Of a stretch of DNA of 64,000 nucleotides, positions 40,415-51,660 are shown in pieces (the stretch's first letter is position 1; every line of letters begins with the position of its first letter). The notes under the pieces are model-generated. The model saw only the letters and a program-made list of their open reading frames with translations, was not told the DNA's origin and ran no database searches. Both the position numbers and the translations under genes were made by a program. The DNA is from Eledone cirrhosa (taxonomy: Eukaryota): assembly GCA_964016885.1 (NCBI GenBank), contig OZ024741.1:206460001-206524000 (forward strand). Reading direction: 5' to 3'.

Positions 40415-40415
<1 letters not shown>
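40229..40415 (-). mobile_element. tRNA-derived SINE, full length
   Basis: Minus strand GGGCGGTGGATTGGCTGTATCGG (A-box-like), GAGTTCAAATCCC (B-box), GCCTTTCATCCTTACGGGGTCGATAAAATAAAGTACCAG domain and GTAGAAAGA(ATT)n tail. Confidence 0.9.
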
Positions 40416-40466
<51 letters not shown>

Positions 40467-40727
40467 TTTCTTTATTAACCACAAGGGTTTACATAAAGTA
40501 GACATTAAGGACAGTGCAGGACAATGCAGGACGGTACAAATGGGCATTTCTGCGTGTAAAAAAAACAAAAACAGAGGATGTAACAAAAATAACAATGAAA
40601 ATAACAATGAAAAATTCCCCAATAGGGGGGAGACTTCGGAGGGACATTTGTGGAGAAAGCCCAGTAAAAAGCCACAATGACCCTGACCACCAAGGCAAGT
40701 GCCCTCTCCCAGTTTTCCACCTTTAGT

Positions 40728-43700
40728 TTACAGATATATACTCAGAGTCGGCCCATTCACTCGGGCCATTCTTGCTTCTCTCACCCATCTTTCAACAAAA
40801 TGCTGGGAAGAGAGCACTTCCTTCTCTACTCTGATTTTCCTTTTCAAATGAAATTTGAAAAAGTCAATCAGAGCATCACCGAAGAGGTAAGTGCTCGTCT
40901 TCAGCCCTTTCAAACGTGTCCACCATACTATCTCTTTCGCCATGGCCACCAGACAGATAAAAACTGCCTGCCCTTCCCGGCTAAAGGAGGAGGGCGGGGC
41001 AATCCTCACGATAGACTCAGATGATAGCTGGATCCGTCCTAAACGCGACAGCAGGTGTTCGACATAAACCCACAAGTCAGCAATTTTCGGACACTGGACG
41101 AGTGCGTGCAGGACGGTTTCGTCGCCCTGCGCGCATCTCGGACATGCCCGGCTGACGGCACCTCCATGCCTGTAGAGTTTATCCCGAACTGGCAAGGCTC
41201 CTCGGTAGCACTGCCATGCCAGAGATTTCTGGAAGTTGTCCATAGGCCCCGGCCCGAAAGTTCTTCCGAAGAGATTGGCTAGTTGATTTTCGTCGACGCC
41301 TAGAGTTTCCCCAAGTACGTCGTCGCTCTTCCCCTCCACTAATCCTCTATAGAACGCCGAGGTGGAGTTTCCACCGATCACATTGCCCGATTGGTCGAGG
41401 GCTGTGAGCGCCTGAAGACATTCCAGTCTCCAGGCGCTCCCTCTCGGTCTTCGCTTGACCCAGGACTGCAGCTCCGTCAAGGAAACGAGCTGGGGAAAAA
41501 CGCGTCTAGCAAACGGCGACCACACCTGATCACCGTCGAGGAAGAGGTGGAGATGTCGTAGCCTGAGCGCGTGCCTGCGCATCATCAGCCACGGCATGCC
41601 CAGCCCTCCACGTAGCGGGTGTTGACAACAGATGGACCGCCTGACCATCGGAGCACGTCCCTTCCACAAAAAGCGAAAGAGCAAACGCTCCAGCGCAGTC
41701 AGGCGAGGCTTAGGACAAGGTACGACGGTTAGGCGGTAGCAGATGACAGACGCGATGTACGCGTTAGCCACCTCCGCTCGACCTTTCAGGGATAGCTTCC
41801 TCTCCGCCCATTTCTGGGTGAGAGAAGCCACCCTGCTCGTCACCTCGTCCCAGTTTTTGTCCGTCTGGAGGTCCGGACCGAACCAGACCCCTAGCAATTT
41901 AACCGGTCCGTCCGTCCAGCGCCCGACGACGTTGTTGGACGGCATGGACCTGCCTCTCCAGGTGCCGAGCTGCAGGCCCACTGACTTTTCCTGGTTGATC
42001 ATTGCTCCTGTCACCGCTTCGTATTCTCTTAGTGTAGTGCCGATCGCCTCGATGTGTTTGGCGTTCGACACCACTACGGTGACATCGTCCGCATATGCTG
42101 ACACGGATCTTCCGCATCCTAGTTCGCGCGGGACTCCCCTCAACGTCTCCAGTTTGTGCAGTAATGGCTCGAGAGTCAATACGTACAAGAGGGACGAGAG
42201 GGGACATCCTTGGCGGACCGAGCGCATGATGTTGAACGGTTCCGACAGGTGACCGTTCACTCTCACCACAGAGCAGATGTCGCTGTGCATGGCAGCGATC
42301 CAGCCTCTGAAGACGGGCCCAAAGCCAGCCGCCCTCAGGACTGCTTCTAGGTAACGATGGTCGACCCTATCGAAAGCTTTTGACTGATCTAAATTGATCA
42401 AGGACCCACCCGTGCCAGGTTCCCTAGCTACCCTCTCTACGATGTATCGCATGAGGTGGAGGTTGTCGTGGATGGATCTGTCGGGAATGGCGCATGTCTG
42501 CGCCTCTCCCACCAGACCACCAACGACAAGCGCCAACCTCTTTGCTAGCACCTTGGCCAAAATCTTAAACTCTGTGTTTAGCAGAGTTATGGGCCGGAAA
42601 TTGTCTATGTTATCCCCCTTGTTCGGATCCTTTCTCAGCAGTGCCACCGCTCCTCGGCTCACAGAACTGGGAATTCTCCCGTTCTGTTGCCAGTTGCAGT
42701 AGACGTCCGCCAAGAGGCCTCCGAACAAGTCTGGCATCTGTACGTAAAGTTCATAGGGCAGACCATCCAAACCAGGCGATTTACCCCTTGTGCAGCCAGT
42801 CATTGCCTCCCGTACTTCAGCGGCTGTTATCGGCTTTTCGCAACACCTCGCCTCAGTGGCCAAGGGCCGCAGCAGTCCGTCGAGGTAGACACTAAAGTCC
42901 ATCCCTCTACCCGGCCCCCCGCTGCCCCCGAACAGCTGAGCGAAGTGTCGCTGAAAAGCTTCACACATTTGCCCGGGATCGAGTAGCATGCGCCCGTCGT
43001 GGTCCACCAAAGACCGGATCGTGGTTTTGTTGCCACGACGCGCCTCCGCCACTCGGGCCCATTGAACGGCTTTCGTCCCCTCGTGTCTGAGAGCACGCAC
43101 CCTAGCTCTGACAACGCAGCCTTCGTGCTTTGCATTGAAGAATTGGTCAAGGGCCAATTTCGCCGCAAGCACGTCGGTCGCAATGCCTTTGCTAAGCGCC
43201 TCGTCTAATTTTCTAACTAGTTCTCCCTCTGCTCTATTTTTCTCTATTGCTAAAGCCTTACTAAACCTAATCGATTCTATTCTAATCGCTCTTTTCAGAG
43301 CAAACCACCACTTGTTGTTGACGATGGCCCCCGTCAACGCCCGCTTAACTAGTTCGCTAATCCGGTCTCTGTAGGCCTTGCGCGCTGGTAAGGACGCGTT
43401 TAGCTTCCAGTAGCCGGGTCCTCGTCTATGAAGCCTATCTAAGTCAAGCACACAGGTCACGAATTTGTGGTCCGTGTAGCTGACTATCTTGAATTGTGGA
43501 CAGCCTATGCTAGACCTATCTATTTCCCTACAAAATACTCTATCTAGATATGATCTGGATGACCCTATGCGGTTTGTCCAAGTCCACATTGGCACATTCG
43601 GGAAATCCAATCGGTACCTGTCAGACAGTTCAAAACGCCTGAGCAGGTTGGTGAGGCTCTTGCACCCTCCACCCCTATCCGCTAATCCCACACAGTCCCA

Positions 43701-44147
43701 GCGTGCATCTAAGATCCCGTTCCAGTCGCCCACTAACACTAAAGAGCGGGACGTTCCAAGAAAGGTCTCCAGACGCCGGAAGAAATCAGGCCGCCCTGCT
43801 CCTGTCGGGGCATAGACGGCCACTAGCCTGAAAGCTTGCCCGTCTCCGCTGGTCACGTCCAGCACCACCAGCTTACCCTCTGGGTCCAGGAAGATGGCCC
43901 GTATGGCGAGATCCAAACCTCTCCGAAAAAGCACAGCAACTCCTCCACCCGATCCAGGACGGCTGGGAGATGCGTACACATCGTAGCCGCCGAAGATCGG
44001 TGCGAAGGCCCGTGCTTCGGAGATTCTGGTCTCGCTGATGGCCACTACATCTATGTTTAGTGACCTGAGGTCGTTGAGCAGGTGACCCTGCTTCCATGAC
44101 GACCCCAAGCCACGCGCATTTATGCTGCCTATTCTGAGTGAGGTCAT
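40728..44147 (-). CDS. Tx1 ORF2: APE endonuclease, reverse transcriptase and C-terminal zinc-binding domain (1139 aa)
   Basis: APE motifs SINARGL, VAISETR, VYAP, LVGDWN, SYLDRVF and YTDH. RT motifs KSPGLDGL, FRPITLLN, LDQSKAFDRVDH, VRQGCPLS and AYADD. C-terminal CPRCAQGDETVLHALVQC. Confidence 0.95.
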   Translation of the reverse strand: MTSLRIGSINARGLGSSWKQGHLLNDLRSLNIDVVAISETRISEARAFAPIFGGYDVYASPSRPGSGGGVAVLFRRGLDLAIRAIFLDPEGKLVVLDVTSGDGQAFRLVAVYAPTGAGRPDFFRRLETFLGTSRSLVLVGDWNGILDARWDCVGLADRGGGCKSLTNLLRRFELSDRYRLDFPNVPMWTWTNRIGSSRSYLDRVFCREIDRSSIGCPQFKIVSYTDHKFVTCVLDLDRLHRRGPGYWKLNASLPARKAYRDRISELVKRALTGAIVNNKWWFALKRAIRIESIRFSKALAIEKNRAEGELVRKLDEALSKGIATDVLAAKLALDQFFNAKHEGCVVRARVRALRHEGTKAVQWARVAEARRGNKTTIRSLVDHDGRMLLDPGQMCEAFQRHFAQLFGGSGGPGRGMDFSVYLDGLLRPLATEARCCEKPITAAEVREAMTGCTRGKSPGLDGLPYELYVQMPDLFGGLLADVYCNWQQNGRIPSSVSRGAVALLRKDPNKGDNIDNFRPITLLNTEFKILAKVLAKRLALVVGGLVGEAQTCAIPDRSIHDNLHLMRYIVERVAREPGTGGSLINLDQSKAFDRVDHRYLEAVLRAAGFGPVFRGWIAAMHSDICSVVRVNGHLSEPFNIMRSVRQGCPLSSLLYVLTLEPLLHKLETLRGVPRELGCGRSVSAYADDVTVVVSNAKHIEAIGTTLREYEAVTGAMINQEKSVGLQLGTWRGRSMPSNNVVGRWTDGPVKLLGVWFGPDLQTDKNWDEVTSRVASLTQKWAERKLSLKGRAEVANAYIASVICYRLTVVPCPKPRLTALERLLFRFLWKGRAPMVRRSICCQHPLRGGLGMPWLMMRRHALRLRHLHLFLDGDQVWSPFARRVFPQLVSLTELQSWVKRRPRGSAWRLECLQALTALDQSGNVIGGNSTSAFYRGLVEGKSDDVLGETLGVDENQLANLFGRTFGPGPMDNFQKSLAWQCYRGALPVRDKLYRHGGAVSRACPRCAQGDETVLHALVQCPKIADLWVYVEHLLSRLGRIQLSSESIVRIAPPSSFSREGQAVFICLVAMAKEIVWWTRLKGLKTSTYLFGDALIDFFKFHLKRKIRVEKEVLSSQHFVERWVREARMARVNGPTLSIYL

Positions 44148-44182
44148 GTTTGAAATAGAGTGGAAAAGATGGGAAAGACCAC

Positions 44183-46261
44183 TTACCGTACTTTTGTTAG
44201 AGGAGGGATGGTTTTTACATCCCTTTTCACTTGATCGTCTGGTGAAGGGACCGTTGAATCGTCCCTTCGGCTGGTCGTCGGCTCTTCTAAGAGAATATCT
44301 GAGTATACTCTTCGATTGATGGTTCCTCCTAGGTCCCTGAAATCACCAACTGCGTTGGGGAATTTCGTTTTAATATTTGTGTATTGTTTCTGTGCTATTT
44401 TTAGCAGTCTTATGTTAGTTGGCGTTTTGATTGGTGCTGGTATTATGTAGTCCTGTTGTGAAATGTCTGTGTGTTCAATTATGTAAGTCATTAGTTTCTT
44501 GTTGTGTGTATTTATTGCCGTGCATTTGTTTTTCTGGGGGTGGGGTGTGGTTCTGCTATTTTCTTGTCGTTGTTGCTGGGTGTGTGTGTTTTGTTGTTGT
44601 GTTTGCGATGTTGGTGCTTGTGGTGGTGGTGTTAAAGGTGTTGTTGGCGGTGGTGATGGTGGTGCTAGTGTGGGTGGTGATGGTGTTGGTGTTGTTGCTG
44701 CTGTGGGTCTCTTTGCAGTAGACTTTACCCTTTTCTCATTTCTTTCCTCCCTTTTCAAAGGCGACGATGCGCTGCTTCTGCGTTTGTGCCTTCTTACGAC
44801 CTTTTGCCATCCCTCTCCCACCTCACACTCCATGTCTGATTCTGTGAGGTCGGGGAGGGGTACCAGCTCCACTCTTTCACTTGTTGTTGGTGATGTTTGC
44901 ACTGGAGTCTCTGTTGCAGCTGCATTTGGTATTGCTGTTGTTGTTGTTAATATTTCCACTGCTGCTGCTGTTTTTGATTTCCGTGGAGTGGGTATGGGTG
45001 CCACGGACCTATCGTTCCTGGTTGCCGCTTGTCCTGTTGCTGGTAGCCGTGGAGCCGGATTCGGAAGGAGGGGGGTTTTCTCCTTTCTCAGGGTCTTCTC
45101 GTTGCAGAAGGCCCTGAGGTGAGTCTTCGATCCACAGCGAAAGCATTTCGGGCGTTTGCCCTCAACACTTATGGGCAGTTGAGTGCCGTTATCGAAGTCT
45201 ATCACATCCGGGATAGCTTCGATGCACTCCTGGTTGGTTTGGATTAGCATCTCAATGGAGGAGCCGACCCAATCTTCTCTTACTTTTTTCTGTACTTGCA
45301 GTACAGTTGTTTTGTCCTCGATTCCGACGAGGACAGACGCGGCCAGCCAAGAAGGGGTCATTCCGGGGGGGACGTGGGTTAGTTTGACCCTCACAATTTT
45401 TTGCCCACAGTAGGAGGGCACCAACACCATTTCCTCGCTCCTTAGGGTCACTACTGATTGGGCCTTTGCCTCCTGGGGTGTGGCAAAAAGTACGTCTACG
45501 GTGGCATATTTTTTGCCTCGGGTGATGTGCGTTTTCCGCTGCCACACAGACCCCAAGGCTTTTTGTATTTGGGCCTCTGTGGCTCTTTCCACCCTACGGG
45601 ATTTTGTACTTACTGTACGGTACGTGACCGTACAGTGCTCTTGGGTTTCGAAAAAATTTTTCGCTGCCTTGCAGATTGCTCGGTGTCCGTTCTTTGTCAC
45701 CATCTTCTTCGCTTCCTCTAATTCCTCATTTGTTATGAGGATTGTTTCCAAGTTTTTCGCAATACCTGCAAATGAGATTGGTTTTTCTCTGCTGTTGTTG
45801 TTGTCGTCAGAGCTGCTGGTACTTTTGTTGTTGCTGCAGGTACTACGACTACTGCCTCCGCCGCTGTTGCTGTGGTTGTTGTTGGTGTTGCTGCTGCTAA
45901 TGCTGTTGTTGTTTATGCTGCTGGTGATGCTGTTGCGGCTGCTACTGTTGTTTTCATTGTCACTGTTGCTGTTGTTATTACGGCTGCTACTGCTATTATT
46001 CCTGACGTCAGACGAATGAACTGGGTTTTCGTATTTCCCGCACACCTGTTTCGTCGCTGTCGTCGTCGTCGTGGAGAAACCTTGCACGCTTTGCACGAGA
46101 CTTTTCTTTTCTTTCGTCGCTTGCGAAAGAGAAGGGAGGGAGAGAGACACATTTAAAGAAGGGAGGGAGAGAGACAATCTTCTCTCTGCTGTAGTGATGA
46201 TTGAGGAAGAAGAAGACGGAATGAGTGGGAGTGACGTATGAAATTTCTTTTTCGTAGCCAT
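44183..46261 (-). CDS. Tx1 ORF1: gag-like nucleic-acid-binding protein (692 aa)
   Basis: Sits upstream of ORF2. N/S low-complexity N-terminus, SFAGIAK motif, single CCHC knuckle CFRCGSKTHLRAFC, WQKVVRR basic patch and P/T-rich tail. Confidence 0.9.
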   Translation of the reverse strand: MATKKKFHTSLPLIPSSSSSIITTAERRLSLSLPSLNVSLSLPSLSQATKEKKSLVQSVQGFSTTTTTATKQVCGKYENPVHSSDVRNNSSSSRNNNSNSDNENNSSSRNSITSSINNNSISSSNTNNNHSNSGGGSSRSTCSNNKSTSSSDDNNNSREKPISFAGIAKNLETILITNEELEEAKKMVTKNGHRAICKAAKNFFETQEHCTVTYRTVSTKSRRVERATEAQIQKALGSVWQRKTHITRGKKYATVDVLFATPQEAKAQSVVTLRSEEMVLVPSYCGQKIVRVKLTHVPPGMTPSWLAASVLVGIEDKTTVLQVQKKVREDWVGSSIEMLIQTNQECIEAIPDVIDFDNGTQLPISVEGKRPKCFRCGSKTHLRAFCNEKTLRKEKTPLLPNPAPRLPATGQAATRNDRSVAPIPTPRKSKTAAAVEILTTTTAIPNAAATETPVQTSPTTSERVELVPLPDLTESDMECEVGEGWQKVVRRHKRRSSASSPLKREERNEKRVKSTAKRPTAATTPTPSPPTLAPPSPPPTTPLTPPPQAPTSQTQQQNTHTQQQRQENSRTTPHPQKNKCTAINTHNKKLMTYIIEHTDISQQDYIIPAPIKTPTNIRLLKIAQKQYTNIKTKFPNAVGDFRDLGGTINRRVYSDILLEEPTTSRRDDSTVPSPDDQVKRDVKTIPPLTKVR

Positions 46262-46494
46262 GTTGTTTTTTGTTTAAAATGAAATTTTGGGTACAAAACC
46301 CCAATAACTGGTTATTTAACCCCGAAGGGCCAAATAACGGACAGAAAGACCCCTCTCACGAGGAGGAGGGTGTCTTTATCAACAATTTGGTTCAAGTTTT
46401 AAACAATTTACAATTGTTTTAACGGTTAAAAATTACTATACCTTACAGAGCCGAGCCTCCGTCAACCATGGCATTCAATAATAATAATAATAAT

Positions 46495-47352
46495 GCTTTC
46501 TTTATTAACCGCAAGAGCTTACCCAATGTAGACATTAAGGACAGTACAGGACAATACAGGTCGGTACAAAAGGGCATTTCTGCGTGTAAAAAAAAAAAAA
46601 CAGGATGTAATAATAGAACAATGAAAAAATTCCCCAATAGGGGGAAGACTTCCGAGGGACATTCGTGGAGAAAGCCCATTAAAAAGCCACAGTGAGCCTG
46701 ACCACCAGGTCAAGTGCCCTCTCCCAGTTTTCCACCTTTAATTTACAGACACATAGTCAGGGCCACTCGGGCCATTCTTGCTTCTCTCCTTTCAACAAAA
46801 TGCTGGGAAGAGAGCACTTCCCTCTCTACTCGGATTTTACTTTTCAAATGAAATTTGAAAAAGTTAATCAGGTCATCACCGAAGAGGTAAGTGCTCGTCT
46901 TCAGCTCTTTCAAACGTGTCCACCATACTATCTCTTTCGCCATGGCCACCAGACAGATAAAAACTGCCTGCCCTTCCCGGCTAAAGGAAGAGGGCGGAGC
47001 AATCCTCACGATGGACTCAGCTGATAGCTGGATCCGTCCTACACGTGACAGCAGGTGTTCGACATAAACCCACAAGTCAGCAATGCTCGGAAACTGGACG
47101 AGTGCGTGTAGGACGGTTTCGTCGTCCTGCGCGCATCTCGGACATGCCCGGCTGACGGCACATCCATGCCTGTAGAGTTTATCCCCAACTGGCAAAGCTC
47201 CTCGGTAGCACTGCCAGGCCAGGGATTTCTGGAAGTTGTCCATAGGCCCCGGCCCCAAAGTTCTTCCGAAGAGATTGGCTAGTTGATTTTCGTCGACAAC
47301 TAGAATTTCCCAAAGTACGTCGTCGCTCTTCCCCTACACTAATCCTCTATAG
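46495..47352 (-). mobile_element. Tx1 5'-truncated copy
   Basis: ORF2 C-terminus (46743-47258) and 3'UTR are colinear with 40465-41353. Flanked by (AAT)n on both sides. Confidence 0.9.
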
Positions 47353-47374
47353 AATAATAATAATAATAATAATA

Positions 47375-50300
47375 GGAAGAAAACGCACATTGTGGATATA
47401 TATCGTTATGGAATCGCTCCCGTAATTTTTTTGATTTTTACTTATTTAAAACAACTGTGATAGAATAATTCTTAATACAAATGAAATATAAGATTACAGT
47501 TTTAACCCTCAGCAGGCGACAACGCATCACATTACGGCATAGGGCCCCAATATTTAATATTTAATTTTGGATCAAAAATGTTATAGTCGAAAAAGAGAAA
47601 AATGGCTTAGTGGACAGACAGGCAAATCATTTCTCTACCAACACCACCACCACCACCATCACCACTACCACTCCAAAAACTCTAGTCAAGTTACCTCAAC
47701 TTCTATTTCTACTTCAACTTCAACACCATCACTACAGTACTACGATCACATCACCACCACCACTGCTTCATTATCGCTATCGCCGCTATTCTCTCCCACT
47801 ACCTCCTGCTAAGACAGGCACCATAGTATTCCTACTAAATGAGCAAGGCATCAAAAGATATAAATAGTCTGATTTGATGACCCGGTCAAAAACATCAAAA
47901 AAATCAAAAATCAAAATCAAAACAGCACAGCAGCAACGAAAAACGTAAAGAAAAGAAAAACAAACAGACAGACAGACAAGCAAAAAAGCTAAGTCAGACA
48001 TTCAAACATTACATTACAATGAAACCTATGCTTATTTTTGGGGGGTTTTACCTATTTGTTTGTTTGTTTATTTATGTTCGTCTACAGCGTGATAGTGCCA
48101 CGCTAAAATCACCGAGGGTGCTGAAATCACCGGTGGTTATGTAACCATACATTCACCAATCCTCGATAAGAGTGTTTCAATGTCGAACCTAAACAGTTCG
48201 AATAACGGTGAAGTGGAGACTGGAATGTCATGTGACAGACTCTGACACAGCAGGTGATCCCTGGCTCAGCAGCAGGGACCTGGCTGTCAACCAAATACTG
48301 CTGGTGTCGGAGGAAGAAGAAGGAAAGGGACCAGAACCAACTGGATGAAAGAATTGAATAGAACTGTTATGCAATGTTACCTGAAGAGTAACCCCAAGGA
48401 AAAAGGCTATAGGAAACGGATGCATAACATCTGGAACGAGATTGGTCTATTTAAATTAGATGAACAAAAATTGGCCGGGCAGGCCCGGGTAATAAGAACT
48501 AATAAGTGGATAAGCGAGCTGGAACTGGAGGAACTGAGCAGAGAGATTAGGTTGGAAATGGAGAGTGGAGTATGCCAGGCAAACAAGCCAGTGGGAAATG
48601 AAGGTGAAGAGGTTGAGAGAACGGTGGAACCATCCGAAGCAGACACTGATCTGAATGCTGAAATAAATAATACCTGGAACAAAGATACGGCCATTGAAGA
48701 GATGAATGCTGGCGGGTTAGGACAAGATTTAGTTGATATCCTAAACTTAGTGGTAGATGAAATGAACAATGATAGTGGGAAACCTATGAACCTAAGATTT
48801 GTAGACAGGAAAAAGTTAAAAGAAACAACAGCTAAGGTAAACAAATCATCCCATACCTTGAGGCGAGGAGCCTTCACCAGTGCAACAATATCCTCAAAGC
48901 AACAGCAAATGCGGTGAGGAAACTACTTGGCATAAAAGCGAGAGGAAACAACAAACAAGAAAGATCAGAACCTTGGTGGAAGAAACGACTGAATGGTCAA
49001 ATCAGGGAAATGAGAAATGACATTGGAAAGCTTGAGTCCCTACTGAATGGGACACTAAAAAACATAGACACTAAAAATAGAGTGGAAATAAAGTACAAAA
49101 CTAGGAGGAAAAGGCTAAATATTATCATAGAGGAACTGAAGCAACGCATTGTAGTAAAGAGTGCAAAAATTAGGCGAGACGAGAGCAGAGTCAGTCAGTA
49201 TAGACAGAACCGCATGTTTGACAACAACCAGATGTTGTTGTTTGGACAGCTTGAAGGGAAAGAAAGAGGCAACGACTTGATCCCTGAGGCGGAACAAACT
49301 AAGACATTCTGGAGAGAAATATGGGAGCAGGATGTTAAACATAATGACCAGGCAGTGTGGATTGAGACAGTACAAAAGGAGATTAGTGAAAAGGCACACC
49401 AACAAACTGATTTGAGTATCACAGTTGAAACTCTTAAGGGGCAGGACAAAACATTAACCAACTGGAAATCACCAGGCTCAGATGGTGTGCAGGGGTATTG
49501 GATTAAAAATGTAACACCCCTCCACCCGAAACTGACAACCATGTTCAATGACTGCTTGATGTCAGGTGAGGTACCAGAGTGGTTGACAAAAGGTACCACA
49601 GTTCTGGTAATGAAAGATCGAATCAATTGTAATGATGTTACCAACTATAGACCTATCACATGTCTGTCCGTAATGTGGAAACTGTTGACAAGCATTGTGT
49701 CTGAGGAAATCTACCATCACCTCCACACAAACAACTTGTTACCGGACGAACAGAAAGGATACCGAAAGAAGTCCCGTGGTAAAGAGGAGCAGTTACTTAT
49801 TGATAAGATGGTAATGAGGAATTGCAAGAGGAGACACACTGGTCTTGCCATGGGATGGATAGACTACAAAAAGGCCTTTGACATGGTGCCTCATTGTTGG
49901 ATCACCAAAAGCCTAGAGATCTTCAAGGTGGCAGATAACATCAGACAGTTGTTGAGCAAAAGTATGAAGTCCCGGGAAACAGAGTTAACATCAGCTGGAG
50001 AATCCTTGGGAGCCGTGAAGATCAAGAGAGGTATCTTCCAGGGAGATAGTCTGTCCTCTCTGTTGTTTGTCCTTTCCCTGATGCTTTATACTGCGAAAAG
50101 TGAGAGCAAGATACAAGTTGGAAAGGGAGAGCTTACCATCAATCACCTCCTCTTCATGGACGATCTTAAGCTCTTCGGGAAGAGTGAGAAGGAGTTTGAT
50201 GTGCTTGTTGACACTGTCCGTATTTTCAGCAATGATATATGTATGCAATTTGGTATTAGTAAGTGTGGAGTCCTTGTGATGAAGAGGGGTAAATTGAGCA

Positions 50301-51655
50301 GAAGCAACGGAATCCAGGTACCAACAGTTGAGATGATAAAGGAAATTGGCACTGAAGAAGCATACAAGTATTTGGGTATTCTGGAGGCTGATGATATCAA
50401 GAACGAAAAAATGAAGGAATTGATAAGATCTGAATATATTCGGAGAGTAAGGAGCGCATTAAAGTCACATCTGAACAGTAGGAATGCCATAAGTGCAGTA
50501 AATTCCTGAGCTGTGTCTATTATTAGGTACAGTGCGGGAATTCCGAGATGGAATGTTGCTGAACAAAAAGTAATGGATAAGAAGACTAGGAAGCTATTGA
50601 CTATCTTCAATATGTTCCACAAGAGGAGTGATGTCGATAGACTCTACCTAAGGAGATCTGAAGGTGGAAGAGGTCTTATCAGCATAGATGACTGTGTTCA
50701 GATGGAGAAAAAAACCTACACAGATACAGGACCGATAGAAAGGTGCCAATGCTCAGAATTGTACTGAAGGAGAGGACAATAGACCAGGGGATGTCCAAGG
50801 AGGAAATAACAACGAGGAGAAAGAGCAACCTTCATGAAAAATCCTTTCATAGTACCTTCTTTGAGAAATCGGAATTCAGAGATCCACAGACATGGAACTG
50901 GTTGAGAAGAGGAGACTTTAAAAAGGCTACAGAAGGAATGCTAATGGCTGTGCAAGAGCAGGCCCTCAAAACGAAGTGGCTGAAACACCATATTTACAAG
51001 GAGGAGGCTAGCCCACTGTGCGAGAGAGGAGACTGTGGCTCACATTGTATCCGATTGTAAACACCTAACCCAGACTCACTATAAAGGCTGGAAACATGAT
51101 GTGATTGGCAGGGTGATCCACTGGTACCTATGCAAAGTAAACAATTTACCACATTCTGAGAAGTGGTATGAGCATAAGCGAGAGTCGGTGATAGAAAACG
51201 ATCAGGTGAAGGTGCTATGGTATTTTAGGATACAGACGGACAAGAAACTGGAACACAATAGACCTGACCTGGTGGTTTTGGACAAGGAAAAAAGATCGTG
51301 CCTGATTGTGGATGCGGCCTGCCCATTCGACACGAGAGTGCAAGAGAAGGAGAGGGAGAAAATTAACTGATACCAGGACTTAAAGTGGGTGGTAAAAAAG
51401 ATTCGGAACTGTCATGAAGTCAAAGTGGTCCCGATTGTCATAGGCGCACTAGGTACTATCTCATAAAGTTTCCATGGATGGTTAAAGAAAATTGGCCCCT
51501 TCCCGCTTTTTGGAACACTTCAAAAGGCATGATTGCTGGGAACAGCAAGAACCCTCCGATACGTCCTGAATATCTGAGGCTGCAGGTAGTGGCTTGATAT
51601 TCATTTCAACAAACTTTCCAGTTAGCTAACATCAATGACTGAGACTAAAAGAACA
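47375..51655 (+). mobile_element. R4/Dong family A, near full-length copy
   Basis: Begins after (AAT)n at 47353-47374. Long 5' region, one frameshifted ORF at ~48180-51576, 3'UTR, then (AAT)n. Confidence 0.9.
48180..51576 (+). pseudogene. Disrupted RT-CCHC-RLE polyprotein of R4/Dong family A
   Basis: R4-type N-terminus (W..ELN..VMQCY..S.P...GYRKRM..IW), NYRPITCL, IDYKKAFDMVPH, GIFQGDSLS, HLLFMDDLKL, YKYLG and RPDLVV...DAACP. Several stops and frameshifts. Confidence 0.9.
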
Positions 51656-51660
51656 ATAAT

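Larger units (their letters stand above)
40465..46476 (-). mobile_element. Full-length, apparently intact Tx1-clade LINE
   Basis: ~210-nt 5'UTR, open ORF1 and ORF2, and a 3'UTR with AATAAA. Flanked by (AAT)n at 40417-40464 and 46477-46494. Confidence 0.95.

Noticed and set aside
40229-40415. tRNA gene
   Set aside because: A/B boxes are present but there is no cloverleaf, and it is multi-copy with a tail, so it is a SINE.
41055-46156. Many plus-strand ORFs overlapping the intact Tx1
   Set aside because: Antisense shadows of GC-rich coding sequence with no motifs.
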